Shown: positions 28,201-39,337 of the stretch, in pieces
Position numbering within the stretch: position 1 is the first letter of the stretch
How the letters are laid out: the number at the start of each line of letters is the position of its first letter
Source of the DNA: Geosiphon pyriformis uo1
Lineage: Eukaryota; Fungi; Glomeromycota
Direction: 5' to 3'
DNA: 64,000 nt
NCBI GenBank assembly: GCA_016748015.1
Contig: JAAOMT010000128.1
Span: forward strand, 2,425,538 to 2,489,537
Program-made: the position numbers and the translations under genes
The notes under the pieces: model-generated
Told to the model about the DNA's origin: nothing
The model's database searches: none
What the model saw: the letters and a program-made list of their open reading frames with translations, nothing else

Positions 28201-29041
28201 CTCTCGAGTACCTAATCGTCAAAGATCGAATTCAATAAATTCTCTTGCTTCTGTTGAGACTATTGCTAAAACTCGCGAAACAATATATCAAACTCCTCCA
28301 AGCAAAGTTTTTATCTGGAAAGAAAATACATGGAAACCTTTAACTACAAAGGAACGATGCATCATAGAAGTTAGGTTAACCAACGCAAACAGATTTTGTT
28401 GGGCTATTATTCTAGAAAAAAGTGGACGTATGGTTCTTAATGCATGGATTGTTCCTACGACGACACTGCACCGTGAAACACCTACTGATCTTAGTATATC
28501 TTGCGAGATAGGTCAAACTAAAGAGTATTATCGAATCAATACACCTCATCCAATAGAGGCTGATCGCTTTCTCCAAAGTCTTAACAAAGCGAAGCACTAC
28601 GAGAATGAAAAAATTCTTCAGGTCCAAAATATACCGCAAAACCTTAGTTTACCTACACCCCCACAAATAATGGTTTCTCGTTCCTCTTCCTTACAAGCTC
28701 AAGAAGCAATTCGAGAAGTTGAGCAAACAGTCACCCAAGTAATGGAAACTAGATGTCGAGTATTTTTGCAAAACGATCATGGTGTATGGACAAATCTCAA
28801 TTGGGGGCACATGAAATTATCCTTAGAGACCCCGTCACATCGAAAAAGAATAGTAATTAGTTCAGACAAGCAACATACCAAACTTATTGACGCTATTCTT
28901 TCTGAGGATGGCGTTACACGAGTAGGAAAAACTGGTGTCGCAATAACATTGCCTACTCTGGGTTTTATCTATATGCTTCAAATGAAAGAAGAGAAAACTG
29001 CGATTAAAGCATTTGAATTAATGAAAGAGAGGGGAAAATGA
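25259..29041 (+). CDS. Dbl-homology (RhoGEF-like) protein with PH domain, Pro/Ser-rich linkers and two C-terminal PH-like folds, multi-exon
   Basis: Spliced N-terminus MHEPSRSVGPDT-RVPVHD...NPLTDLIETEKQYVEDLK; LGDTLMAWIDDMEAPYTQYC; FFEMPLTRLHYYKKLY.RLLKST; AHLFLLTDLLLIC (PH); last exon to 29041. Confidence 0.85.
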
Positions 29042-29449
29042 TTAAATTAAGTGAAGTCTAGTTACATATTTATGTTTGTAAATAGGCTCGCTTTAAACTG
29101 TGATTTTCTAGGACGCCTTCCCTTTTATGATGCTCAAAGACATTTTTGCTGTTCATTCATAGAATTAAACTTTCAGGATTAATTGACTATCAGTACGGAT
29201 TAACTGTAACAACTGAGTTTGTAATGACTATTATTTTAATCTTAGAGATTTATTAATTATAGATAAAAATAATTATATAAAAAAATTTTGTGCATTGATT
29301 TTTTGTACATAAATTCTTTAAAATTTATAAAATGACTTTTTATTTAATGTTTAAAAAGATATTACAATAATAGAACCAGTAATAAGAATTATTTAAGATT
29401 TTATAATTTTTTCATTCAATTAACTTATTGAATTATCTGATTTTAAATA

Positions 29450-30080
29450 TTAGATTAATCAAATAAAAATTAAAGCTATATTTTTTTTTCTGTTTTTTAA
29501 TAGTGTTGCTTAAAAAACAATTACTAGTTATCAAAAATTTTCTAAGTGAATAACTTCTACTTTAATGTTTAATAAAACTATTAAATTCAAATTAACTTAT
29601 ATTAAGACTGTGTTTTAGTTTTTGTATAATTGAATTTAATTATAAAAGACAATATTAAACTTTTTTATATAAAATTTGTATTTTAATGTTGTTATATAAA
29701 TTAAATCAGCTAATCTACTTATTTTTTTACTTTTAAAATTGCAAAGTTTTTTGTAGTTTTTATTAGTTTTTTATTCTTTTTTACTGTTGTTTTTATAATA
29801 TTAAAATTGTCTTGGATATTTTTAATAAAGTTGTTTTTGTTAAATTAAAACTTATTAACTTGTGATTTAATGCTATTGTTCATTTCAAAAAAAAATTTTG
29901 CTGCTAATATTGTTTTTGTTTACTAATTTATATTAGTAAAAAAAATATTATTAGAATTTTTTTCTTTGGTTAATTAAAAAAAATTGTTGTTTTTTATAAT
30001 ATTTTTAAGATCAAATTGATTATTTTTTTTAATTATACAGTTTTTAAAATTAATAAATTAGTTTTTTAAATTTACAATTA
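29450..30080 (+). mobile_element. Old AT-rich ORF1-like relic, continuing at about 32435-32900
   Basis: Aligns with 30900-31460; continuation aligns with 31470-31900. Confidence 0.55.
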
Positions 30081-30089
30081 TATTTAAAA

Positions 30090-32430
30090 TTTTTAAGACT
30101 TAAAGATATTTTTTTTTATCTTTTTAGTTTTATAACTACAATTAAAGCACAGCACTAGGTAGTGTTTGGATCTCACTCATTAAATAAATAAATAAAAAAA
30201 TTAAAGCAAAAAGTAAAAAAGCTATACCTAATATTTTTTTTAAGATATCTAATAAAATCTCAACCAGAAAAGCTCTCTCTGTTGTAGAAACAGCTAAACA
30301 GAATATTTTAAAAGTCTTTTTCTTATTTAATAATCATAAAAAGCTATCTTTAGTATTTATTAAAGCATTTTTTTTATTCTTAACTGGGTTTTTACTAATT
30401 AAAATTTTTTTAAAGAAACATATTTGGGTTAATTTTAGTGTTGTCTCTATTCTTAAAAGTTTTTAATAACAAATTAGTTAACAAACTGATTTTTTTTTTA
30501 TAGCTTTTATATCTGATGCTATTAGTACTACTTCTTTAAAAAATATGATTAAAAAACCAAAGAATCAAAAAAGTGAGAACAATTACTCATCTTTGCTATT
30601 GTTATACCAAACCCTTTTGTAATTCTTAATAAAATTTTTGTTGTATTATTTAGCATATTGTCTAAGATATACCAAAATTAATTATTGGCTATATTATCAA
30701 ATATGGTGTCTTTTGGCAGATTATTATTGGTTTTAGAATTAAAGCAACTATCTTTTATAAAGTTACTTGTTTTTAAGAACTAAACTAACTAAATAGAAAC
30801 TGAATTATCTTTTTTGCTGGTTTTTAATGTTGTTATTGATAATACTTAGAAAATTATTATTAGTTATTAAAGATTTGCTAAGTAAATGGCCTTTACTTTA
30901 GTGTTTGATACCATTTTTAAGATCAAAATAGCTTATGTTAAGACTGTTTTCCAGTTTATACATAGTTTTTTAAATGTAAAGTCAATATTAAAAAACAATG
31001 TGAAGTTCTTTTGTATGGAGTTTGCTTTTTAAGAGTTTTTAAACTTTGCTTTTTTGGTTAAGCTTGCAAGTTTTGTTTATTTAATTATTCTTAAAATTGT
31101 TAAGTTTTTAGTGGTTTCTGAATTTGGTTCTTTTTTTGCTGCTGTTATGCTATGTAATATGTTTTTGAATGTATCTGTTGCTAACATCAAAACAGCTTTT
31201 AGTGTGTTTAGTAAAGTTACTTATATTATGCTAAAGCCTACTGATATTTGGCAATATATAATTGTTTATTTTAATAAACTGGACTTTGCTGTATCTACTT
31301 TGAATCATTGATTAGTTTTAATAAACAAGGATAGTATTAGAATCTTTTTCTTAGTAAATTAGAATAAGACTATTCTGTTTTATAATAGGTTTAAGACCAA
31401 ATTAATTAATTTCTTTTCTGGTTGTACTGTTTTTAAAATTAGTAATATGATTTTTCAAGTTGGTAGTCAGATGTGTTTTATTTTTTACTTTCTTAATTTT
31501 GGTTATCATTTTCAGTTTGCTCTGATTATGTTTGGATCTTAAATTAATTTAGATGCTGTAGCTGTCAAGACTAGTATGCTGAGAAAATGTTATATTTGGT
31601 AAAAATCTTCTGAAAATTGGTGTTGTTTTTGGTATTAAGATTTGGATTATCTGGTTTTGAATTGTAAAATGTCTTTATCTCTCCTTTTTAAGGTTTTTAA
31701 GACTTTTATTTCTTATGTTGTTAGTAACAAGTCTTATGTCAAGACTGTTGCTTTTGTGCTTTCTTTGGCTTCTTGTTTTTTTGTTGGTTTAACTCTTTTT
31801 GTTAGTATAATACCTAATAATTCTATGTATTTTCTCAGTTGTTTTCTTTGGAATTTGAGTTGGCCAAGCTTTTTGCTTTGGTCAATTTTATTGTTAAATC
31901 TGTTGGTTCTATGGTCAAAATGTTCAAACAATTTATTAATGAAAATTTGGGTTTAGATAATACTCTTGGCCTTAAAATTAATATAGTTATAGTACACATG
32001 AGTATTTTTAGTAAGATTATTGATAAGCTAAAACAAGAGATGGCTGTTTTAAAAACTAAATGTGACTATAAGAATATTAATATGTTTGGCCTTCATAAAA
32101 ATTTGTTTTCTGTTAATAATAATGTTTTTTCTAATTTAATGTCTTTTTAAAAACATAAATCTGTTGCTGTTAAGACTGATATTATAAAAACGGTTAAATG
32201 GCTGGTTAGATTAGTTAATAATAATGCTATATTGTTTAAAATTGTTTACAAAATGTTTTCTTTGGATAAGTTTTCTTCTAAAGTATTAATATAATATAGC
32301 ATAAACTGATTTAAGTAGCTAGTTATATGTAGAAAGTGTGTAAATTACACTTAATTTGGAATTAATTTGTTCTATAATACTAGATAGTAGTTAAATTATA
32401 CTTATTAAACTTAATAATAATAATAATAAT
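30090..32430 (+). mobile_element. ORF1-only LINE-like retroposon (decayed RRM-like and CCHC ORF, short 3' UTR, (TAA)n tail)
   Basis: 31054-31311 resembles ORF1 of the neighbouring LINE (IKTAFSVFSKV...IWQY vs VKSVFSKFGRI...LWQK); decayed CX2CX4HX4C near 31624; tail 32412-32430; no ORF2. Confidence 0.65.
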
Positions 32431-32934
32431 TATTATTATATTTGTTTTATTTTTATATAATAATTAAGATTTACTATTATTATTTTTAGTTTTAAAAAAA
32501 ATCTAAAAATTATAATTATTAAAATTAATATTTTAAAAAAGTATTATATTTAATAAAAAAATTTTAATTATTAATATTGTTTTAAATATTAATATTTAGA
32601 TTATTTAACTATTAATTATAAAAGTTTTTATTTAAGTTTGTATTAATTTTAAGTTTTTTAAATTTTGTTTTATTAGAGCTAAGTTTTATATTAAAATTTT
32701 TGCTTTATTAATTTTTTTTGCTGTTGTGTTTTTGATTATTTTGTTATTATTACTATTGTAAATTATTTAAATAATTTTAAGTTGGGTTTTTTAAATTTAA
32801 GTTAACTGTATTAAATTTGTTAATTAGATATATTATTAAATTTATTAGTGTTTTAATTATTTTAATTACTAAGTTATTTAATATTTTTTTTGTTTTATAT
32901 ATTAAATTAAAAAATAATTAAATAAAAAAATTTT

Positions 32935-34497
32935 TTCTCTTGTCAATTCTCTGACCATGACAAGAACAAAATTTTATCGAAGTTTTAATTAGTCTTTTTT
33001 TCTTTTTTCCTTGTTTTTTTTCTAATTATTTCTTCTGACTTTCCTCTTTTTGTTGCTATGGATTCAGTAGGTGCTTCTGCTGGTAGTTTTGGTACTGGTT
33101 TGGCTGGATTGAAGACCCAGTCTAGTGGCAAGAAAAAAGCTTATGTAAATAGTATGTACTTTTGCAGTTTGTTATTTAAGAAGCTGAAGATGTCTGTAGT
33201 TAGTGATATGATTGATTTGTTTATTAACTCTCTGAACTTAAAAGATATTGGTGGTGCTGGTATTAAGCCTATAGTGTCTTGAAAAAGCAAAGTTGGTAGT
33301 GTTTCTAGCAGTGTAAGTAGTTTCTTAGATGTTGAAAATATGGAAAACATAATTGCCGAAGAAACCAGTTATACAGAATCTGGTGAGGATGATAATATGA
33401 ATGAAGCAATGCTGAAAAAAACTCACATGTGAACATACATGCTGGGCAACCCACCAAAGCAATCTTTATTCAAACATATGAATGATGACAATGTTGTGCT
33501 GGACCTTCCTTTCTGTGTAGTTATTGGGCCTAATCAATTGCTGCTGCTCAAGTTATGTGTTCTAAAAAAATGGAGCTTTAATTTGACAAAATCTTTTGCA
33601 CTTAATATTAAGATTTCGGCTGTATCTGAAAAGACTATTATTGACAAGTTAATGACTGTAAAAAAAAAATTTTATTATGTTGATGGGTTTGGAGAAGCTT
33701 TAACTTCTTTAAAATTCCCAAGGATTATTAGATCTTCATTCATTTCTAAATCAAGTTTAAAAAAGGCAAAAAAATTGGCTATCAATGAGAATATTCTAAT
33801 TAATAATAATGTTAAACAGATAAACAAATGCTCAAATCAGGAAATTGTTGTTAAGGAGATTTTTGTCAATCTTCTTAAATCAGCTGTGAAATCTGTTTTT
33901 TCCAAGTTTGGCAGAATTGTATCAATTAAAATGCAATTGGTTGGTTTATGGCAAAAAGCTGATTTGGTTGCAGCTAAATGATTTGTTTTCATGGGAAAAA
34001 ATTCTGTGTGTATGGCAAAGGTGATTGATGACAAACAAATATGAGTACTAAAAGATTATTATTAGACTTTGTTGTATACTCTCCCAATTGGTACTACAGT
34101 TCATGATTTGTCAGATTTGCTGATTTTATATAATAGGAAGATTTGTCTCATTGGCCATAATCTTAGTTTATATGTGCATGATAGATGTGCTATTGTGTGT
34201 TTTGCTGATGAAACATCCAAATTGGCTGTTATTGGTTCTATTCTAGTATTTAAGAGTGTGAATTTGTGCTGGATTAGTCTCTTTTTGGTCTGCTGTACAT
34301 TGTGCAAACAATTTGGTCACATTTTAAGTGATTGTTTTTTAAGTGGGAATTCAGGTGTTCATGGTAAGCAGATGGTGACTACTCAAGATCAGATTTGTTT
34401 AGCCAATATATATAAAAAAAAGCAGGCTCCAATTGTCTATCCAGTTTTTTTTGGTGATAAAACTTGGGCCCAAGTTGCTGGTAGCTCTTCTTTACAT
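32935..34497 (+). mobile_element. LINE 5' part: 5' UTR and ORF1 (ATG 33058; RRM-like region, CCHC knuckle)
   Basis: CTLCKQFGHILSDC; frame continues exactly at 60729 after removing element A (SSLH|VVFLFSS). Confidence 0.88.
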
Positions 34498-35371
34498 TGT
34501 TACTTATAGAAATATAGGAAATATATATTAACATAGTTATTAGCCAATCAGAAATAGACGTAGTAAAATGTGGAATTCCAGGATTCCTCTCAGGAATTGC
34601 AGAATTTCAGGAATTACAGGATTTTTACAAAGAATCACAGGATTCCAGAATTCCAGGATTCCTCTCAAAAAAATTGCAGGATTTCAGAAATTCCAGGATT
34701 CCTGTTGTGAAAAATTGAGAAATTGAGGAATTTCAATTATGTATATATAGCAGTAGGATTAGAAGCTAAAAAGACAGACCTCTTAGTTTAGATTTTATCT
34801 AGACAACTTTCCAAAACCACAAATAAATAAACTGTTTGTTATCTTAAACCTGCTGCCACTATCAACACTTCATGTTGATAGTAATTGATACTTAACCACA
34901 CTGGAACAATAGCTTTTGATCACAGCTATTAATAGAAAACTAACTTGTAAATTGCCTTGGCTTATTTCTTTTCTTTCTTTATTTTTATTTTTTTTCTTTA
35001 TTTCTTGCTTTGATTTTATTGTTGTTTACTAACTCTATTGAGGATTAATGCATGGGGTACTGACATCAAGATAAACATGACTGGTAAAAGACCCAGAAAT
35101 AAGAATAGAACACTTAATTGAGGATAGCTTACCAGGAGGAATACCAGCTATCAAGCTGAGAAAGAAATTGACGAAACTGCAGTTTCAGGAACCTATGAAT
35201 AAAACTATTACCATTGAATCTCTGTCCATTATACAAAAAACTCAACCAAACCCTTCAGATACAAACTTTTCAGACACAAACCTTCAGATCACTATCAACT
35301 GCAACTAGATTTGAGCACCAAGTTATGGGTTTTGTTATTTAATCCAACACCAGAAATAGTCATCTGTAATA
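34498..35371 (+). repeat. Element A 5' LTR
   Basis: Closely similar to 59924-60724; CCAAT near 34544, TATA near 34742. Confidence 0.95.
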
Positions 35372-35373
35372 TT

Positions 35374-35390
35374 TGGTGCTCTCTGTGAGG
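35374..35390 (+). promoter_or_regulatory. Primer binding site of element A
   Basis: TGGTGCTCTCTGTGAGG 2 nt after the LTR. Confidence 0.9.
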
Positions 35391-35430
35391 TATAATCTTA
35401 CAGAAAACCAGTACCAACACAAATCTAAAA

Positions 35431-38400
35431 GTGACAGAATCAGAAAACATAGGAGCAAACCATCTAGGATTCGCAAAATTCTTATTTCAACACTACTGTC
35501 AACATTTGAGATTAAATCACAACCACATATCAGCAGAATCAGCTTTTAATTTCTATGTCAATGAAAGAATTGCCTATCTGTTAGAAACACCAGTAAATAT
35601 CAAATTGGCAAGAGAAGCCTTTTATAGTGAATTAATTCAAAATACCAACCTGCCAACAAATCACAATTTCGCCTCCATTATCATGGAAATCAACAAAAAA
35701 ATTGAACACCATACACAGCAAAAATACCCCATTACTTACGCGAGCAAAGACAAAGGAAAACTGCAAACACCAGCAGTAACACCCAAAAGAATACAACCAT
35801 CTACTTGGAAGAAAACAAGAGTTGAGTCCTCAACTAATCCATTATACCACTATACACCTGGAAGTGCCATTAATATTACATCTACTGGTGCAGCCACATC
35901 AAACATGACATCAGCATTTGAATGATTCTTATTCCAAAGTAAACAAAGGAAAGCAGAGTTATTAGGACCATACCACATGTATTTTGAAGGATTTAACTCG
36001 CAATTATCAATGCCATTAGGACTCCAATTGCCACCACCTCCTCCAGATTTTGGAATTTCTGATCTGTGGGAAGTAATAGAATCAGAAAAAGAGAAAGAAG
36101 AAAAAGCTGAAGATCAAAAATTCACTTACCAGAACCTGATCACTGAAAACCCAGAATTTGAAATCCCAAATCTTCAAACACAGCAAAACCTAAATCCAGA
36201 AAATCTGAAAATCAAAACTCCAAATATTCAGACACTGTCAACTCAGGATAATTGAAACTCTGATTTAATAAATCAACAAAACTTACTTCCAGTAATTGTC
36301 ATTAATCAACCACCAATTAATCCAATAGCCAAATCCGTACAGCAGCCATTTCAACTACCACCCTAACAACCCATGCAACAACAACCACTTCAACAGCCAT
36401 CACAACAACCCAACTTAGATCCAATGGCCTACGCATCAATTGCAAAACTTGACAATTTTACCAGTGAAGAGGATGACATTCAGATATGGCTGAATGACAT
36501 AGAAAAAGCCATCGCAGCCAATGGATAGAATAACGCTCGAGCAATGCAAACCATTCCCTATTTTCTCAAGGATACTGCTGATTCGTGGTATCAGAGCTTG
36601 ATTAATAAACCACAAGACTTTAATGCCTTCAAAGTAGAATTTTTAAGATACTTTAGCAACAATAACAGTATCAACTAGTTAGCCAATACATTTAACACTA
36701 TGAAGCAAAGAGAAACAGAAGCAGTTACTACTTACTTGAGACACTTTCATCGAAATCTGCACCAAATCCAAGCAATTGATGCCAACTATTTTACAGCATC
36801 ACAAATTTTCAACCAGTTTATTCATGGCCTGTGCAGCAGCATCTTGCAACATGTATGTCCGTTACATCCAGGCACCCTTCAAGACACAGTCATATGCACC
36901 AGAGATTTTGAATCTGCTGAATCTAAAGCCAATCATGCCTAAGCTGTTAATCTAGTGATGAATGGATCATCTAATTTAGATTCCAAACTAAAACAATTCA
37001 GTAATACAATTAATCAGAAAATAGAGGGATACTTAGCAGACAATTATGCAATTTATTAACCACCCCAACAATGCAATAATTCAGGAAATGCGAATCATTT
37101 CCCAAATCAATCGTGTCCATCATTCTTCACCAATCAGCTGTGGCAGCCAGAAACATGTGTTTGCTATAACTGTGATAAACAAGGTCACATTAGAGCTGAC
37201 TGTTGATTTTATAGCAACAATTTATGATCAGGAAATCAATATCAAAACCCTGATTGCAGATTTCAGACTCAGAATCACTACCCAAATCAAGACCAATATC
37301 AAACCATTTACCTGCCAATAATGTAGCAACCAATCTATCTACTATTAGTATATCAACCTCCAATTTATCAACTGCAGCCACTGGTAATTTATCAGCCACA
37401 GCCCAAATAATTTATCAGCCCCAACAACCAATTCAAACATCACTTCAAAACCTCACTCAAATGACATCAGGAAACTCAAGACCTAGAATCACTCAAAACT
37501 GGAGATCGGTAATAGTTGTTCATCAACCGATTTCCAGCTCCTCTCACCAATTATCAGGCTCTCAACAGTGGAATCCAAATACTGGTTCCATCCAAAACCC
37601 GAATTCCCAAAACTATTTAAGTCTCCTGGTTACCCCAGAAGATGCCACCACCAACAACTCAGAATCCAACCCACCCCAAACAACACTTCCCAACAATATT
37701 CTACCAGCAACAGTCACCAAAAACGAATCTCTTGCAGCCATCTTTCCTTTCAAATTGGAGAAAACCATCAACTCACTTTTGTTCAGTGGAGCAGCACTCA
37801 AGGAAAAACCCATCACTGCGATGTACACTGATGCAAAAGTTAATGGTCACTCCATCAAACTGATCCTAGATAGTAAATTAGCTGGCAGTATTATCACAAG
37901 ACAACTCATGGATCAATTAGGTCACTGAGTTGATTGTGCTGCCAGTGCCAGAATTATTACAGCCAATGGAGCAACCAAAACACCCATTGGAGAGATTGAT
38001 AATTTCCCCATAGAAGTCAATGGCATTATAGTACTAATTAAAGTACTTGTCATGGAAGCCACTCAATACCAAGCACTTATTAAGAATGATTGGCTGTTCA
38101 AAACCAACATGACACTAGATTGGAACACCCATGAGCTCCAGCTTAGCCAGAATGGTTGACACACATAGGTACCAGCCATGTGTGGCCACTTCAAGCCCAT
38201 CACTATGCCATTAACACTACTTATCAAATTCGAGAAAGAAAAAATGAAACCCATCTGAGAAGCATACCAAGTCTTGTGGACTGACATTGATCACAACAAA
38301 CTGCTGCCAATACTTGCCTGGGACAACAATGACAATGAAAAAGAGAAACAAAGAAAAGAACTTACCTGGGAAGCCACCATTGACACTTGGACTGACAACA

Positions 38401-39337
38401 ACCAAAGTAAGATACCACCAATTCTAGATTGGAAAGAAAATAACAAAAAAAAAGAGAAAAAAAGAGAAGAAAACATACCTGAAGAAACCACCACTGCAGA
38501 AGAAATAACTAGTGGCTGGGAAAGAGAATACTCACATGAACCAATAAAAAAACCACCATATATATCTCTCAAATACAAGAACTGTGGAAAAAAACTGTCC
38601 TCAATGAGAGCTTGAGTAGCACCAGATAAAGACTACTGAACGCAAACCCATTACTATTGCAAGCCCTGCCATAGAAAATGATATGGCTATCCAAAAAGAC
38701 AAGGCAAGTGGGACAACAAACCATGTCTTGCTTGTGGCAAACAATTACTCGATGAAGGAATGTGGAATGACATTCCTGGCCAAGGAGGAACATGCGACAC
38801 TTCATACCAATACACAATTCTTATCAGCAACTGGGTAAGTCATGGAACACCCATCATGGCAGCTTGGCATTAAGCAATCTCTTGCTTAGAAGGATATCCA
38901 CACAACGAGGACAAGATTTGGCAAATGACCAATGCCAAAGTAGAAGGCGCTTCACTCAGTGAAATTCTGGAGATCAAGAATAATCCTTCAGAACCAACAG
39001 ACATTGTTTTGGTTCTTAATCTGGATGCTTTTATCAACTTAGAAAACAGCCCAGAAGAATTTCATGAACACTATTAGAATCTAGCACCCACGAGAGAAAA
39101 GCAAGAGCAATGCTTGGAAGAAATTAACACCCGATTATGTGATCACTGTTTGATTCTATGTGACTTCCAATTCTGTAATAAGTGTGACTTCATCTACAAT
39201 CCACCACCACGCATGATCTACATGATCCCCAAAGAGAAAGAACCAATCAGCAGTTGTGTATTGGAATCGGAATTACCATTCAATCCCAATTCAAACTTTA
39301 ACAACAATGATGACGAAAACACCAGTTCCAGCTTCAT
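35431..39337 (+). pseudogene. Element A gag, CCHC knuckle, aspartic protease, Cys-rich domain
   Basis: MAYASIAKLDNFT..EDD..IWLND; CYNCDKQGHIRADC; IKLILDS(G>K); multiple CxxC; stops mostly W/Q/R>*. Confidence 0.9.

Noticed and set aside
34560-34720. Short direct repeats resembling a CRISPR array
   Set aside because: Eukaryotic LTR U3 tandem units with no unique spacers and no cas genes
37254-37410. Ser/Thr-rich alternative-frame ORF fused to protease, suggesting programmed frameshifting
   Set aside because: Off-frame reading of the Gln/Pro-rich gag tail joined by a copy-specific indel; copy B reads through in the gag frame
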